Source: Candidatus Microgenomates bacterium
GTDB lineage: Bacteria > Patescibacteriota > Microgenomatia > Levybacterales > UBA12049
Direction: 5' to 3'
NCBI GenBank assembly: GCA_025451195.1
Contig: JANWKV010000017.1
Span: 2,471-66,470 of the forward strand
Length of the DNA: 64,000 nt
Positions 47,021 through 58,402 of the stretch are shown here, in pieces. How positions within the stretch are numbered: position 1 is the stretch's first letter; the number at the start of each line of letters is the position of its first letter. Under the pieces are notes generated by a model, which saw only the letters and a list, made by a program, of their open reading frames with translations, was not told the DNA's origin and did not search any database. Both the position numbers and the translations under genes were made by a program.

Positions 47021-48082
47021 ATGAGCAAATTTTGGAGCGAGGAAATCATTCAAAAAATAAGAAAAGGATATTATTCCGCAGTGTATTTTAACCGCACAAA
47101 ACAAATTCTTCAGGAAGATAAAAATCTTAAGAGTGTTACTATGCAGATTTTTCAAAAAAAAGATAGCACAATTGTATGTGGCGTAGAAACTGTGAAAGAA
47201 CTGTTAAGAGAAACCACGGGTTATTTTGAAAACGGTAAGTGGATTGACAAACATAATGAAATTTCTCTTTTTTCCTTAAAGGACGGGGATAGTACAGAAA
47301 GCTTGGAAACAGTTATGCATATAAAAGGTCCGTATGCGTATTTTGCGCATCTTGAATCTTTATATCTGGGAATTCTGGCCCGCCAAAGTAAAATCGCAAC
47401 TAATACTAAAAACGTTGTAAAAGCAGCAAACGAAAAATCTGTATTATTTTTCGCAGACAGATTTGACTATTTCTTAAATCAGGAACTTGACGGTTTTTCT
47501 GCAAAAGTTGGCGGGGCAACCGGCGTTGCAACATCCGCACAGGCTAGCTTTTGGAACAATGAGCCTTCCGGGACAATTCCTCACGCATTAATTGCTATAT
47601 ATAATGGTAATACTCTTGAAGCGGCAAAAGCATTTGCTAAAAACTTTCCGCAAGCACCGTTTATTGTTCTTGTTGACTTTGAAAACGATTGTGTAAAAAC
47701 AGCTCTTGCTGTAGCAAGATATTTTGGAGATAAACTTTACGGTGTTAGACTTGATACATCGGAAAGCGTGGTTGACAAATCAGTGAAAGGGGAAAAATTA
47801 TATGGCGTTAACCCTCAGCTTGTAAAGAATGTCCGTGATGCATTAAATAGGCAAGGTTTTGAAAATGTGAAGATTATAGTGTCCGGCGGATTTAGCACTG
47901 AAAAAATTGTGCAATTTGAAAAGGAAAAAGTACCGGTTGATATTTATGGCGTAGGCTCGTCACTAATGAAGGGAAATATTGATTTTACCGCAGACATTGT
48001 AGAAGTGGAAAACATAAAAATTGCAAAATTCGGCAGAGAATTAAAACCTAACAAAAAATTACAGGCCATTGACATCAAATAA
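47021..48082 (+). CDS. pncB: Nicotinate phosphoribosyltransferase-family protein (short archaeal-type NAPRTase)
   Basis: GTIPHALI and RLDTSE (RLDSGD-like) motifs; ~350 aa. A TTG two codons upstream (47015) is an alternative start. Confidence 0.6.
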   Translation: MSKFWSEEIIQKIRKGYYSAVYFNRTKQILQEDKNLKSVTMQIFQKKDSTIVCGVETVKELLRETTGYFENGKWIDKHNEISLFSLKDGDSTESLETVMHIKGPYAYFAHLESLYLGILARQSKIATNTKNVVKAANEKSVLFFADRFDYFLNQELDGFSAKVGGATGVATSAQASFWNNEPSGTIPHALIAIYNGNTLEAAKAFAKNFPQAPFIVLVDFENDCVKTALAVARYFGDKLYGVRLDTSESVVDKSVKGEKLYGVNPQLVKNVRDALNRQGFENVKIIVSGGFSTEKIVQFEKEKVPVDIYGVGSSLMKGNIDFTADIVEVENIKIAKFGRELKPNKKLQAIDIK

Positions 48083-48088
48083 AATCCC

Positions 48089-49507
48089 TTGTATTCTGCG
48101 CTCAAAGTCAAATTTATGGAATATTCGGCATTTGAAAAAGTACCTGTTAAAGCGCAAAGTTATTCATTTTTGGACCAAGTTACATTTTGGTTTTCCGCAA
48201 CAAGCCTTCCGGCAACTTGGCTTTATGGAGCTTATATGGCAGGATGGAAAGGTGTTGTTGCATCTTTTCTTTTTATTATTTTCGTAAACGGCCTTTCACT
48301 TATTCCCTGGGCGTATTTTGGAGAAATAGCCCAAAAAACAGGCGGATCCATGATGGCAATTGCCAGGCCGGCTTTTGGAATTAAGGGATCTGTTGTGCCT
48401 TCTGTTTTTTATCTGGCTTTTGGTATGGGTTGGGCTTTGGTTAACGCGTTCTTAGGAAGCATTGCAATTTCTTTTATATTTGCACAATGGCTAAATTGGC
48501 CGGCATATCTAAGCCCACATTCTATTCCATACATGATTGTTTATCTTGCAATTTTTGCAATTCTTAATGGAATTTTTGGAATCGCAGGTCACAGGTGGAT
48601 TAAAAAATTACAATGGGCTGCAACCGGCTTTTTTTTAATTCTTGGCGGATATCAAACGTTTATTGTTGTAAACCAGTGGGGACTGCAAAAAATAATTTCC
48701 TGGGTTCCAACTGCAGTGCAATATTACGCAACGGGTTTTGGAAACTGGCAATTCAGTTTTCCAATAACATTCGCTTTACTTTTTGATTTAATGGTTGCGT
48801 TTAACTGGACATGGGAATTCATTGGGGATTTTTCAAGATTTGCCAAAACAAAAAATGCAGGTACGTGGGGACCGTTTATTGGAGCTTTTGTTGCACAAAT
48901 TTGGTGGTTTATGGTTGGGGCTTTTGCAGTTGCATATTTGGCTTTATCAAATGGCGGAAAATTTACCCCGCTTTTGGCGGACCCGAGTAGCACAACTGTT
49001 TCCTTAGGTCTTGGCTGGCTAGCAGCTCTAATTATACTTTTCGCAACTGTAACCACCGATGCCGGGAATATTTATGCATCTGCTTTAAGTATTTCCAATA
49101 TGTTACCAAAGGCAAAAATTTCACTCAGAAAATTGCTTGTAATTGTTTCCATTCTTGTTTTCCCTTTATCCACTCTTCCTCTTTTATCAGGAAATTTATT
49201 GAACTTCTTTATTTTCTTTTTAGATTTCTTGGGAGCACTCGTTATTCCACTTTGGACTCTTATGCTTGTTGATTACTTCTTTGTTAAAAAAAGAGATTAT
49301 TCCGACGACTTATACAAAAAGGACGGGGGAAAATATTGGTATCAAAATGGTTGGAATTTTAAAGCAATTGCCGTACTTTTTGCCGGCACGATATTTTATT
49401 GGGTAATTAGTTATGTATTCCCAAATATTAGGGAAACATTTACTGCAACTATTCCAACTATAATATTTGTTGGCGTTTTGTACTTACTTGTCTCCAATAA
49501 AAAATAA
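48089..49507 (+). CDS. NCS1-family (nucleobase/cation symporter-1) permease
   Basis: 12-transmembrane topology. The N-terminus …FWFSATSLPATWLYGAYMAGW… is typical of cytosine/allantoin/thiamine/nicotinamide-riboside permeases. Confidence 0.7.
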   Translation: MYSALKVKFMEYSAFEKVPVKAQSYSFLDQVTFWFSATSLPATWLYGAYMAGWKGVVASFLFIIFVNGLSLIPWAYFGEIAQKTGGSMMAIARPAFGIKGSVVPSVFYLAFGMGWALVNAFLGSIAISFIFAQWLNWPAYLSPHSIPYMIVYLAIFAILNGIFGIAGHRWIKKLQWAATGFFLILGGYQTFIVVNQWGLQKIISWVPTAVQYYATGFGNWQFSFPITFALLFDLMVAFNWTWEFIGDFSRFAKTKNAGTWGPFIGAFVAQIWWFMVGAFAVAYLALSNGGKFTPLLADPSSTTVSLGLGWLAALIILFATVTTDAGNIYASALSISNMLPKAKISLRKLLVIVSILVFPLSTLPLLSGNLLNFFIFFLDFLGALVIPLWTLMLVDYFFVKKRDYSDDLYKKDGGKYWYQNGWNFKAIAVLFAGTIFYWVISYVFPNIRETFTATIPTIIFVGVLYLLVSNKK

Positions 49508-49512
49508 CACTT

Positions 49513-50196
49513 ATGCACGAAGAATTCCTTTCCTGGCTTGACAGCTGGAAAAATAATCTTAAGCCTATTCAATTTAAATATCTTGGTGATTCTAAAAAAA
49601 TCGCGATTGTTTCTGTTGACATGATTGTTGGTTTTTGTCACAAAGGTGCTCTTTCCAGTAAAGAAGTTCATGATATTATTCCCGCTGTTGTTGATGTGTT
49701 TAAAAAAGCAAATGATTATGGAATAAAAAATTTCCTGCTTTTGCAAGATTCACATATAGAAAATGCGGAAGAATTTAGTATTTATCCACCACATTGTATT
49801 AAAGGTACCGGGGAAGCACAAAATATACCAGAGCTTGCAGATCTTCCATTTTCAGATAAATTTACTACTTTTGAAAAAAACGCGTGGAGTCCGGCATATG
49901 ACACCACCCTAAATGACTGGATTAAAAATCATCCAGAGGTAGAAACATTTATTATTGTAGGGGATTGCACCGATATTTGTGTTCATGCCACAGCAATGCA
50001 TCTTAGGATGCAAGCAAACGCATTACAAAAAAAAAGAAAAATAATAATTCTTTCAAATTCAGTTGCAACCTACGATATTTCCGTAGAAAAATCTAAAGAA
50101 TTAAACACGCTCCCGCATCCATCTGACATTTTTCATTTAATGTTTCTCTACCAGATGAAACTAAATGGAATTGAGATTGTAAAAAAAATAGTTTAA
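49513..50196 (+). CDS. pncA: Isochorismatase-family hydrolase, probable nicotinamidase
   Basis: IAIVSVDMIVGFC… and catalytic-Cys context IIVGDCTDICVHATA. Sits next to NAPRTase. Confidence 0.6.
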   Translation: MHEEFLSWLDSWKNNLKPIQFKYLGDSKKIAIVSVDMIVGFCHKGALSSKEVHDIIPAVVDVFKKANDYGIKNFLLLQDSHIENAEEFSIYPPHCIKGTGEAQNIPELADLPFSDKFTTFEKNAWSPAYDTTLNDWIKNHPEVETFIIVGDCTDICVHATAMHLRMQANALQKKRKIIILSNSVATYDISVEKSKELNTLPHPSDIFHLMFLYQMKLNGIEIVKKIV

Positions 50197-50211
50197 TGCT
50201 AATCTCAACTA

Positions 50212-50781
50212 ATGTTTAAAGATCCAATCCTCAATAAACTTATAAAAAAATACCCCTCTCCTGTTTTTGAAGACAGAAGCAAAAGATTATTCGAACGACT
50301 TGTAGAAGCAATAATCTCGCAACAATTGTCTGTAAAAGCAGCGGATACTATCTTTAACAGATTTTTAGATATCTTTAAAACAAAATCTTTCCCATCGCCA
50401 AAAGAGGTATTAAAAATAAATGATGAAAAAATTAGGAAAGCCGGTATTTCATACAGGAAGATAGAATATATTAAAGGCATTGCACAATCTTTTCTTGATA
50501 AAAAAATAGATATTAAAGCAATAAAAAACGTATCCGATGAGGAAGTAATCGTGGAGCTAACAAAACTTAAGGGAATAGGGAAGTGGACGGCCGAAATGAT
50601 TTTAATTTTTTCCTTGCAAAGACCGGACGTGTTTTCTATTGGAGATGCCGGTCTAAGGCGCGCAATCGAAAAACTTTATGGAATCACGAACCAAACTGAA
50701 ATGCTCTCATTGTCAGAAACTTGGAAACCTTTTCGCTCTACAGCCTCGTGGTACTTATGGAGATCTTTGGAAAATGATTAA
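50212..50781 (+). CDS. HhH-GPD DNA glycosylase (AlkA / 3-methyladenine DNA glycosylase II-like)
   Basis: Helix-hairpin-helix region LKGIGKWTAEMILIF plus a catalytic Asp. Confidence 0.7.
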   Translation: MFKDPILNKLIKKYPSPVFEDRSKRLFERLVEAIISQQLSVKAADTIFNRFLDIFKTKSFPSPKEVLKINDEKIRKAGISYRKIEYIKGIAQSFLDKKIDIKAIKNVSDEEVIVELTKLKGIGKWTAEMILIFSLQRPDVFSIGDAGLRRAIEKLYGITNQTEMLSLSETWKPFRSTASWYLWRSLEND

Positions 50782-50842
50782 AGCTTATAATTATTTATTA
50801 CTATAACTTATTGCCCTAATTACGAAAAATATGCTAATATAG

Positions 50843-52795
<1,953 letters not shown>

Positions 52796-52826
52796 GGATT
52801 GTAATGATATAATAATCAAATAACTT

Positions 52827-53369
52827 ATGCCTGATTTTAATAAAATTTTAGCACCAGGAGATTTAGACAAAGGACTTATTAATGCCGTCATTGATATTCC
52901 ACAAGGATCATTCCTGAAAGTTGAATATAACAGGAAAGCAGGAACTTTTTTTGTTGACAGAGTCGAGCCAAATATTTTTGCAAAACCTGTTAATTACGGA
53001 TTTATTCCTCAAACAAAAGATACAGACGGAGACGAATTGGATGTTATGTTGGTCTGTGAAGAGGCAATACCAACAGGAACTCATTTGCAGGCAAAGATTT
53101 TGGGAATTATGAATTTTGAAGATGATGGTGAAATGGATTATAAAATAGTATGCGTCCCGGCAGATGACAGAAATACAGGTGACAGCATTAAATCTTTAGA
53201 AGATCTTGGAGAAAGGTGGAAACAAAAAATGGAATTTCATTTTAACCACTATAAAGACCTTAAAAAGCCCGGAACAACAAAAGTGTTGGGTTGGGGTAAT
53301 ATAGAGGAAGCGAAAAAAATTATCCTCGAGTGTATCACCCGATACAAAAAAGAAGGCTTCTCCAAATAA
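52827..53369 (+). CDS. ppa: Inorganic pyrophosphatase (family I)
   Basis: …DGDELDVMLV… active-site acidic cluster; 180 aa. Confidence 0.85.
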   Translation: MPDFNKILAPGDLDKGLINAVIDIPQGSFLKVEYNRKAGTFFVDRVEPNIFAKPVNYGFIPQTKDTDGDELDVMLVCEEAIPTGTHLQAKILGIMNFEDDGEMDYKIVCVPADDRNTGDSIKSLEDLGERWKQKMEFHFNHYKDLKKPGTTKVLGWGNIEEAKKIILECITRYKKEGFSK

Positions 53370-53378
53370 TAAATTTTT

Positions 53379-55892
53379 ATGACAGAAATAGGCAAATTAC
53401 AAAAAACTGAGATTACTGGAGAAATGAAGAGGGCGTATTTAGACTACGCCATGTCTGTTATTGTCTCAAGGGCACTACCGGATGTTCGTGATGGTCTAAA
53501 ACCGGTCCATAGACGTATTCTTTATGCAATGCACGAATTGGGACTTGACCATAATTCCAAATATAAAAAATCGGCAACGGTTGTTGGAGAAGTGATGGGA
53601 AAATATCACCCTCATGGGGACATGCCAATCTATGATGCTCTTGTCCGTTTGGCTCAGGATTTTTCAATGCGATATCCGCTTATTGACGGGCAGGGAAATT
53701 TTGGGTCCCTAGACGGAGATCCGCCGGCTGCCATGCGTTACACCGAAGCAAGAATGGCAGCAATAACCAATGAAATGCTTTATGACATTGAAAAACAAAC
53801 TGTCGATACAATTTCTAATTTTGATTCAACCCGGCAGGAGCCGGTCTATCTTCCTGCAAAATTACCAAATCTTTTACTCATGGGAAGTGAAGGGATCGCG
53901 GTTGGAATGGCAACAAAAATTCCTCCTCATAATCTAACCGAAGTATTGGACGCGGTTATTGCACTTATTGCAAAATCAAAAATTGAAAAAACAACACGCG
54001 TAAATCTTACTTCAACTATTACTGTTGAAGAACTTTTGGAAATTATTAAAGGACCGGATTTCCCAACTGCGGGAAGTATTTACGACATAAACGAAATAAG
54101 AAATCTTTATACAACCGGCAAGGGAAAAATTTTAATGCGGGGAAAGGCAGAAATTGAAGAAATCGGCAACGGAAAATCTGCAATTATAGTTACCGAACTT
54201 CCTTATCAGGTAAATAAAGCACTACTTGTTGCCCGCATTGCGGAGCTTGCCAAAGAGAAAAAAGTTGAGGGGATTTCCGATTTACGCGACGAATCAGACA
54301 GACACGGACTTCGAATTGTCATTGAGTTAAAACGTGATGCATCTCCTAAAAAAGTTTTAAATAATTTATACAAAAACACGGCTCTGCAAACTACGTTTGC
54401 CGCAAATGTTGTTGCACTAGTTGACGGCACTCCTCAAACCCTTACTTTAAAAGTGATTCTTGAAGAATATCTAAAGCACAGGTTTATTGTTATCACAAGA
54501 AGGTCGGAATTTGAACTTTCTCAGGCAAAAGCAAGGCTTCATATTCTGGAAGGTTTAAAAATTGCCGTTGATCATATCGATGCGGTTATAAAAACAATTA
54601 GGGAATCCAAAGACCAGGAAGATGCGAAGAAAAACTTAATGGCAAAATTCAAGTTGTCGGAAATCCAATCAACCGCAATTTTAGACATGCAGCTGAGGCG
54701 CCTCGCAGCTCTGGAACGGCAAAAGATAGAAGACGAACTTCTAATGGTACGGGAAACAATTGCCTATTTGGAAGATTTACTTTCCCACCCGGATAAAATC
54801 CTCAAAGTTGTTAAAGACGAGTTGGAAAAGCTAAAAGAAAAGTATGCCGACCCGAGACGAACAAGAGTGTATAAAGGTAAAGTCGATGAATTTTCGGAAG
54901 AGGATTTAATTCCAAATGAACCGACCGTTATAACTATTACAGATACTGGTTATATAAAAAGACAATCCACAACCAGTTTCCATACTCAACACAGAGGAGG
55001 TAAAGGAATTAAGGGAATGACAACAAAAGACGAAGATGACATTATGAATATCCGCTACGCCCAAACTCATGACAACCTTCTCTTCTTCACAAACAAAGGA
55101 AAGGTTTACCAACTTAAGGCGTATGAAATTGCGGAAAGTAGTCGTACCAGCAAAGGCTCTGCAATTGTTAATCTTTTGAATATTGAGCAAGGTGAAAGAA
55201 TTGAATCATTTATTAACTACGCTGGCAAAGTATCAGGCAAATATGTTTTCCTCACGACCAGAAACGGTACTGTTAAAAAATCAAAAGTATCTGAGTTTGA
55301 AAATATAAGAAAAAGCGGAATTGTAGCAATTAAATTGGATAAGGGAGATGAACTTGTTTGGAGTACGTTAACTACAGGAGATAACGAGGTACTACTTGTT
55401 ACAAAAGAAGGTAAAGCAATTAAATTTTCTGAGTCAGAAGTAAGACCAATGGGTAGAGCAACTCAGGGAGTAAGAGGAATTCTTATTGGTAATACCGACC
55501 AAGTTATTAGCATGGATGTTATTGCAAAAGGGGATAAAACAGCTGAGCTTTTTACAATAATGGAAAACGGTCTTGGTAAAAAAACTTTAGCTCAGGAATT
55601 TAGGGGAGCCCACAGGGGAGGCCAGGGAGTAAAAGTTGCAAATGTTTCCGAAAAAACAGGTAAGGTGGCTTTCTCGCAGGTTATTCCTCCAAACGCAAAA
55701 TCTGTTATATTAACGTCCAAAAAAGGACAGGTTGTTCAACTTGAACTTGCATCCGTGCCAAAACTTTCCCGGGCAACTCAGGGAGTAATTTTAATGCGCT
55801 TTTCAAAAGCGGGAGACCATATTGCCTCAGCAACTTGTATCGAAATAAAAGAAGAAATAATTAAAAAATTAGAAAAAAACGAAAAAAAATAA
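53379..55892 (+). CDS. gyrA: DNA gyrase subunit A
   Basis: Active-site region …[10 protein letters not shown]…, QRRGGKG, and beta-pinwheel C-terminal repeats. Confidence 0.9.
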   Translation: MTEIGKLQKTEITGEMKRAYLDYAMSVIVSRALPDVRDGLKPVHRRILYAMHELGLDHNSKYKKSATVVGEVMGKYHPHGDMPIYDALVRLAQDFSMRYPLIDGQGNFGSLDGDPPAAMRYTEARMAAITNEMLYDIEKQTVDTISNFDSTRQEPVYLPAKLPNLLLMGSEGIAVGMATKIPPHNLTEVLDAVIALIAKSKIEKTTRVNLTSTITVEELLEIIKGPDFPTAGSIYDINEIRNLYTTGKGKILMRGKAEIEEIGNGKSAIIVTELPYQVNKALLVARIAELAKEKKVEGISDLRDESDRHGLRIVIELKRDASPKKVLNNLYKNTALQTTFAANVVALVDGTPQTLTLKVILEEYLKHRFIVITRRSEFELSQAKARLHILEGLKIAVDHIDAVIKTIRESKDQEDAKKNLMAKFKLSEIQSTAILDMQLRRLAALERQKIEDELLMVRETIAYLEDLLSHPDKILKVVKDELEKLKEKYADPRRTRVYKGKVDEFSEEDLIPNEPTVITITDTGYIKRQSTTSFHTQHRGGKGIKGMTTKDEDDIMNIRYAQTHDNLLFFTNKGKVYQLKAYEIAESSRTSKGSAIVNLLNIEQGERIESFINYAGKVSGKYVFLTTRNGTVKKSKVSEFENIRKSGIVAIKLDKGDELVWSTLTTGDNEVLLVTKEGKAIKFSESEVRPMGRATQGVRGILIGNTDQVISMDVIAKGDKTAELFTIMENGLGKKTLAQEFRGAHRGGQGVKVANVSEKTGKVAFSQVIPPNAKSVILTSKKGQVVQLELASVPKLSRATQGVILMRFSKAGDHIASATCIEIKEEIIKKLEKNEKK

Positions 55893-55898
55893 GCCGTT

Positions 55899-56759
55899 AT
55901 GGTAATTGATGGCAAACAGTTGGCGGAAAAAATATTAGAAGAACTTGCCGTCCGTGTTGAGAAATTAAAAGAAGAAAAAAGCATTACGCCTCATTTAGCA
56001 GTTATCAGAGTTGGAGACGATCCAGCTACTACGGCATATGTAAATCAAAAAAAACGCATGGGCGAGAAAATAGGCGGCGTTGTGAGCATTTATAATTTTG
56101 ACAAAAACGATTCACAAGAAAAAGTCTTAGAATGCATTGAATTTTTACAAAAAAAAGGAGACATTAACGGGCTAATTATACAACTTCCTCTTCCGCGCCA
56201 ATTGAATGAAGAAATATTAACAAACGCTGTTGAAAAAGATAAAGATGTTGACGGTTTTAGGAAAGATTCAGGTTTTAGCGAACCAATCGCGGAAGCAGTT
56301 ATTAGAATCTTAGAAGAAATTTTTTTACAGGAACAGCAAAATAAAAATACAGGCAGTAAAGAATTCCTCTCCTGGCTTAAGCCTCAAAAAATTGTTGTTA
56401 TGGGTAAGGGTAAAACAGGGGGAAAACCGATTATTCATATTTTAAATAATCTGGGAATTACACCAACTATTGTTGACAGCAAAACCCCAAACATGGAAGA
56501 GTTAACGCAAAGTGCCGACATTCTAGTTTGCGCTATTGGCAAAGGGAAAATTATAACTGAAGGTATGATTAAAAAAGACGCAATTTTACTTGGAATAGGA
56601 ATGCATCGGGAATCAGATGGAAAATTGCATGGAGATTACGATTCTGAAGAAATTGCTGGAAAAGCTGCCTATTATACCCCTATTCCAGGAGGTATAGGGC
56701 CCGTAAATGCGGCAATGTTATTGGTAAATGTTGTTAATGCGGCAGAAAATCAAAACTAA
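55899..56759 (+). CDS. folD: Bifunctional methylenetetrahydrofolate dehydrogenase/cyclohydrolase
   Basis: N-terminal catalytic and C-terminal NAD(P)-binding domains; 286 aa. Confidence 0.85.
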   Translation: MVIDGKQLAEKILEELAVRVEKLKEEKSITPHLAVIRVGDDPATTAYVNQKKRMGEKIGGVVSIYNFDKNDSQEKVLECIEFLQKKGDINGLIIQLPLPRQLNEEILTNAVEKDKDVDGFRKDSGFSEPIAEAVIRILEEIFLQEQQNKNTGSKEFLSWLKPQKIVVMGKGKTGGKPIIHILNNLGITPTIVDSKTPNMEELTQSADILVCAIGKGKIITEGMIKKDAILLGIGMHRESDGKLHGDYDSEEIAGKAAYYTPIPGGIGPVNAAMLLVNVVNAAENQN

Positions 56760-56760
56760 T

Positions 56761-57924
56761 ATGGACGTTTATGAAGAAGCAATAAAGCTTCACAAAAAAT
56801 ACCAGGGAAAACTTGAAACCGTTTCTAAAATATTTGTTAAGGACAAACAAACACTTTCCCAGGTTTATACTCCCGGCGTTGGTGCTGTATCAAAAGCAAT
56901 TGAAGCTAATAAAGAATTGGCAAAAGAGCTAACTCTTAAAGGACGCACTATCGCAGTTGTTTCCGATGGAAGCGCTGTTTTGGGCCTCAGGAATATTGGA
57001 CCCGAGGCTGCAATGCCTGTTATGGAAGGGAAGGCAATTTTATTTAAGCAGTTTGGTGGACTTGATGCTTTTCCGATTTGTATTGGCACCCAAAATACAG
57101 GCGAGATTATCACATTTGTGAAAAATTTGACTCCAACATTTGCCGGAATTAATTTAGAAGACATCGAAGCACCCCGTTGTTTTGTTATTGAACAAGCTTT
57201 GCAAGACATTGGAATCCCTGTTATGCACGATGACCAGCATGGCACAGCAGTTGTTGTATTGGCAGGACTTTTAAATGCTGCAAAAGTTGTCGGCAAGAGT
57301 CTGCAAGATTTAAAAGTAGTAATAAACGGCGCAGGTGCTGCGGGTATTGCAATTGCAAATATGCTTTTATGTAAGAGTTTTGAATCCGACATCTGTACTC
57401 CTGTTGGGGATTTAATACTCGTTGACAGCAAAGGAATTATAGATCGCGACCGAAAAGACTTGAATATATTCAAAAAAGAAATTGCAAGGTATTCAAATAA
57501 AGAAAATAAATCGGGTATTCTTATGGACGGCTTAATGGGAGCAGACGTTTTTATTGGTGTTTCAAGAGGTAATCTTGTTACTCCAAAAATGATAAAAACC
57601 ATGAACAAAAATGCAATTGTTTTTGCAATAGCAAATCCAATCCCTGAAATTATGCCCGGTGACGCTAAAAAAGGCGGAGCAACAGTTGTTGCATCGGGAA
57701 GAAGTGACTTTCCGAATCAAATCAACAATGTTTTGGCTTTCCCTGGAATTTTTAAAGGTGCGTTAAAATCAGGAGCCACAAGAATAACAAACGTTATGAA
57801 ACATGCCGCGGCTTACGCAATAGCAGGAACAATTAAGAATCCAACGGCAGATGAAATTATTCCAAGTGTTTTTTATCCAAACCTTGCCGACATTGTTGCA
57901 AAAGCAGTTTCAGATGCCACCTAG
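56761..57924 (+). CDS. NAD(P)-dependent malic enzyme (small prokaryotic form)
   Basis: VYTPGVGAVSKAI; GAGAAGIAIANML Rossmann fold. The start is taken at ATG 56761, just after the folD stop. Confidence 0.8.
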   Translation: MDVYEEAIKLHKKYQGKLETVSKIFVKDKQTLSQVYTPGVGAVSKAIEANKELAKELTLKGRTIAVVSDGSAVLGLRNIGPEAAMPVMEGKAILFKQFGGLDAFPICIGTQNTGEIITFVKNLTPTFAGINLEDIEAPRCFVIEQALQDIGIPVMHDDQHGTAVVVLAGLLNAAKVVGKSLQDLKVVINGAGAAGIAIANMLLCKSFESDICTPVGDLILVDSKGIIDRDRKDLNIFKKEIARYSNKENKSGILMDGLMGADVFIGVSRGNLVTPKMIKTMNKNAIVFAIANPIPEIMPGDAKKGGATVVASGRSDFPNQINNVLAFPGIFKGALKSGATRITNVMKHAAAYAIAGTIKNPTADEIIPSVFYPNLADIVAKAVSDAT

Positions 57925-57939
57925 CTTCAAAATGACCCC

Positions 57940-57968
57940 TTGACAAGATATAAAACCCGTAGTATATT
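57940..57968 (+). promoter_or_regulatory. Sigma-70-type promoter: TTGACA, 17 nt, TATATT
   Basis: Consensus -35 and a good -10, about 430 nt upstream of argG. Confidence 0.5.
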
Positions 57969-57974
57969 GGTATT

Positions 57975-58402
57975 TAACAATTTAAGTTACGGCGTTGACG
58001 GAGAAAGACAACACGAAAGTGAAGTCCTCGAGCTCCTGAGCCAGTTCCAGAAAAAATTCGAAAGAATAGTAAGGAACAGAATAAGCCAATTTGACTCTCT
58101 GTCAAGGCATTCACAGAGGGATTTTTAATCGAAAGATTACCAGATTGGAAAGAAGCGTGGCACCACGGAACAATCCGTCGCTTTCTGCGGTTCTCTCAGT
58201 AAGGAGAGGCCCAGAAAGGGGCGGATTTTTGGTATTCCGACAGTTTTTTAAAAATAGAATACCAACCCGCCGACCAATCGCCCTGTGAGGCGTGCATGAA
58301 TAATACTGAAAAGCCGAACGGAAAGATTAGGCGGGTGTGAGTAAAAATGAAAGAAGATCCTGAAATCCCTTACAGGGTAAAAATTCAGGATGACAAAATT
58401 AT
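57975..58402 (+). ncRNA. Long GC-rich structured 5' leader, a candidate cis-regulatory RNA, ending in a hairpin that sequesters the argG Shine-Dalgarno (SD) sequence
   Basis: Local GC is ~50% against the ~33% background. Several nested stems (e.g. GGTATTC…GAATACC at 58241-58267). ATCCTGAA (58357-58364) pairs with TTCAGGAT (58384-58391), covering the AGGA ribosome-binding site. There is no convincing protein-coding frame. Confidence 0.45.

Noticed and set aside
57940-58288. Small ORFs 57940-58128 (62 aa) and 58091-58288 (65 aa) in the argG leader
   Set aside because: The first starts inside the -35 hexamer and neither has a ribosome-binding site. The second is notably Arg-rich (11/65), which briefly suggested an attenuation leader peptide, but the Arg codons are not clustered. 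These are more likely frames opened by GC-rich structured RNA.
57975-58402. RNase P RNA, tmRNA, SRP RNA or T-box identity for the argG leader
   Set aside because: The P4 strands (GGAAAGUCCGGGCUCC / ACAGAANCCGGCUUA) are absent at the proper spacing. There is no tRNA-like 3' domain (GGUUCGAnUCC) and no SRP domain-IV motif. The T-box-like GCGUGGCACCACGG at 58156-58169 matches only 12/14 of AGGGUGGNACCGCG, and the expected specifier/stem I features were not found.
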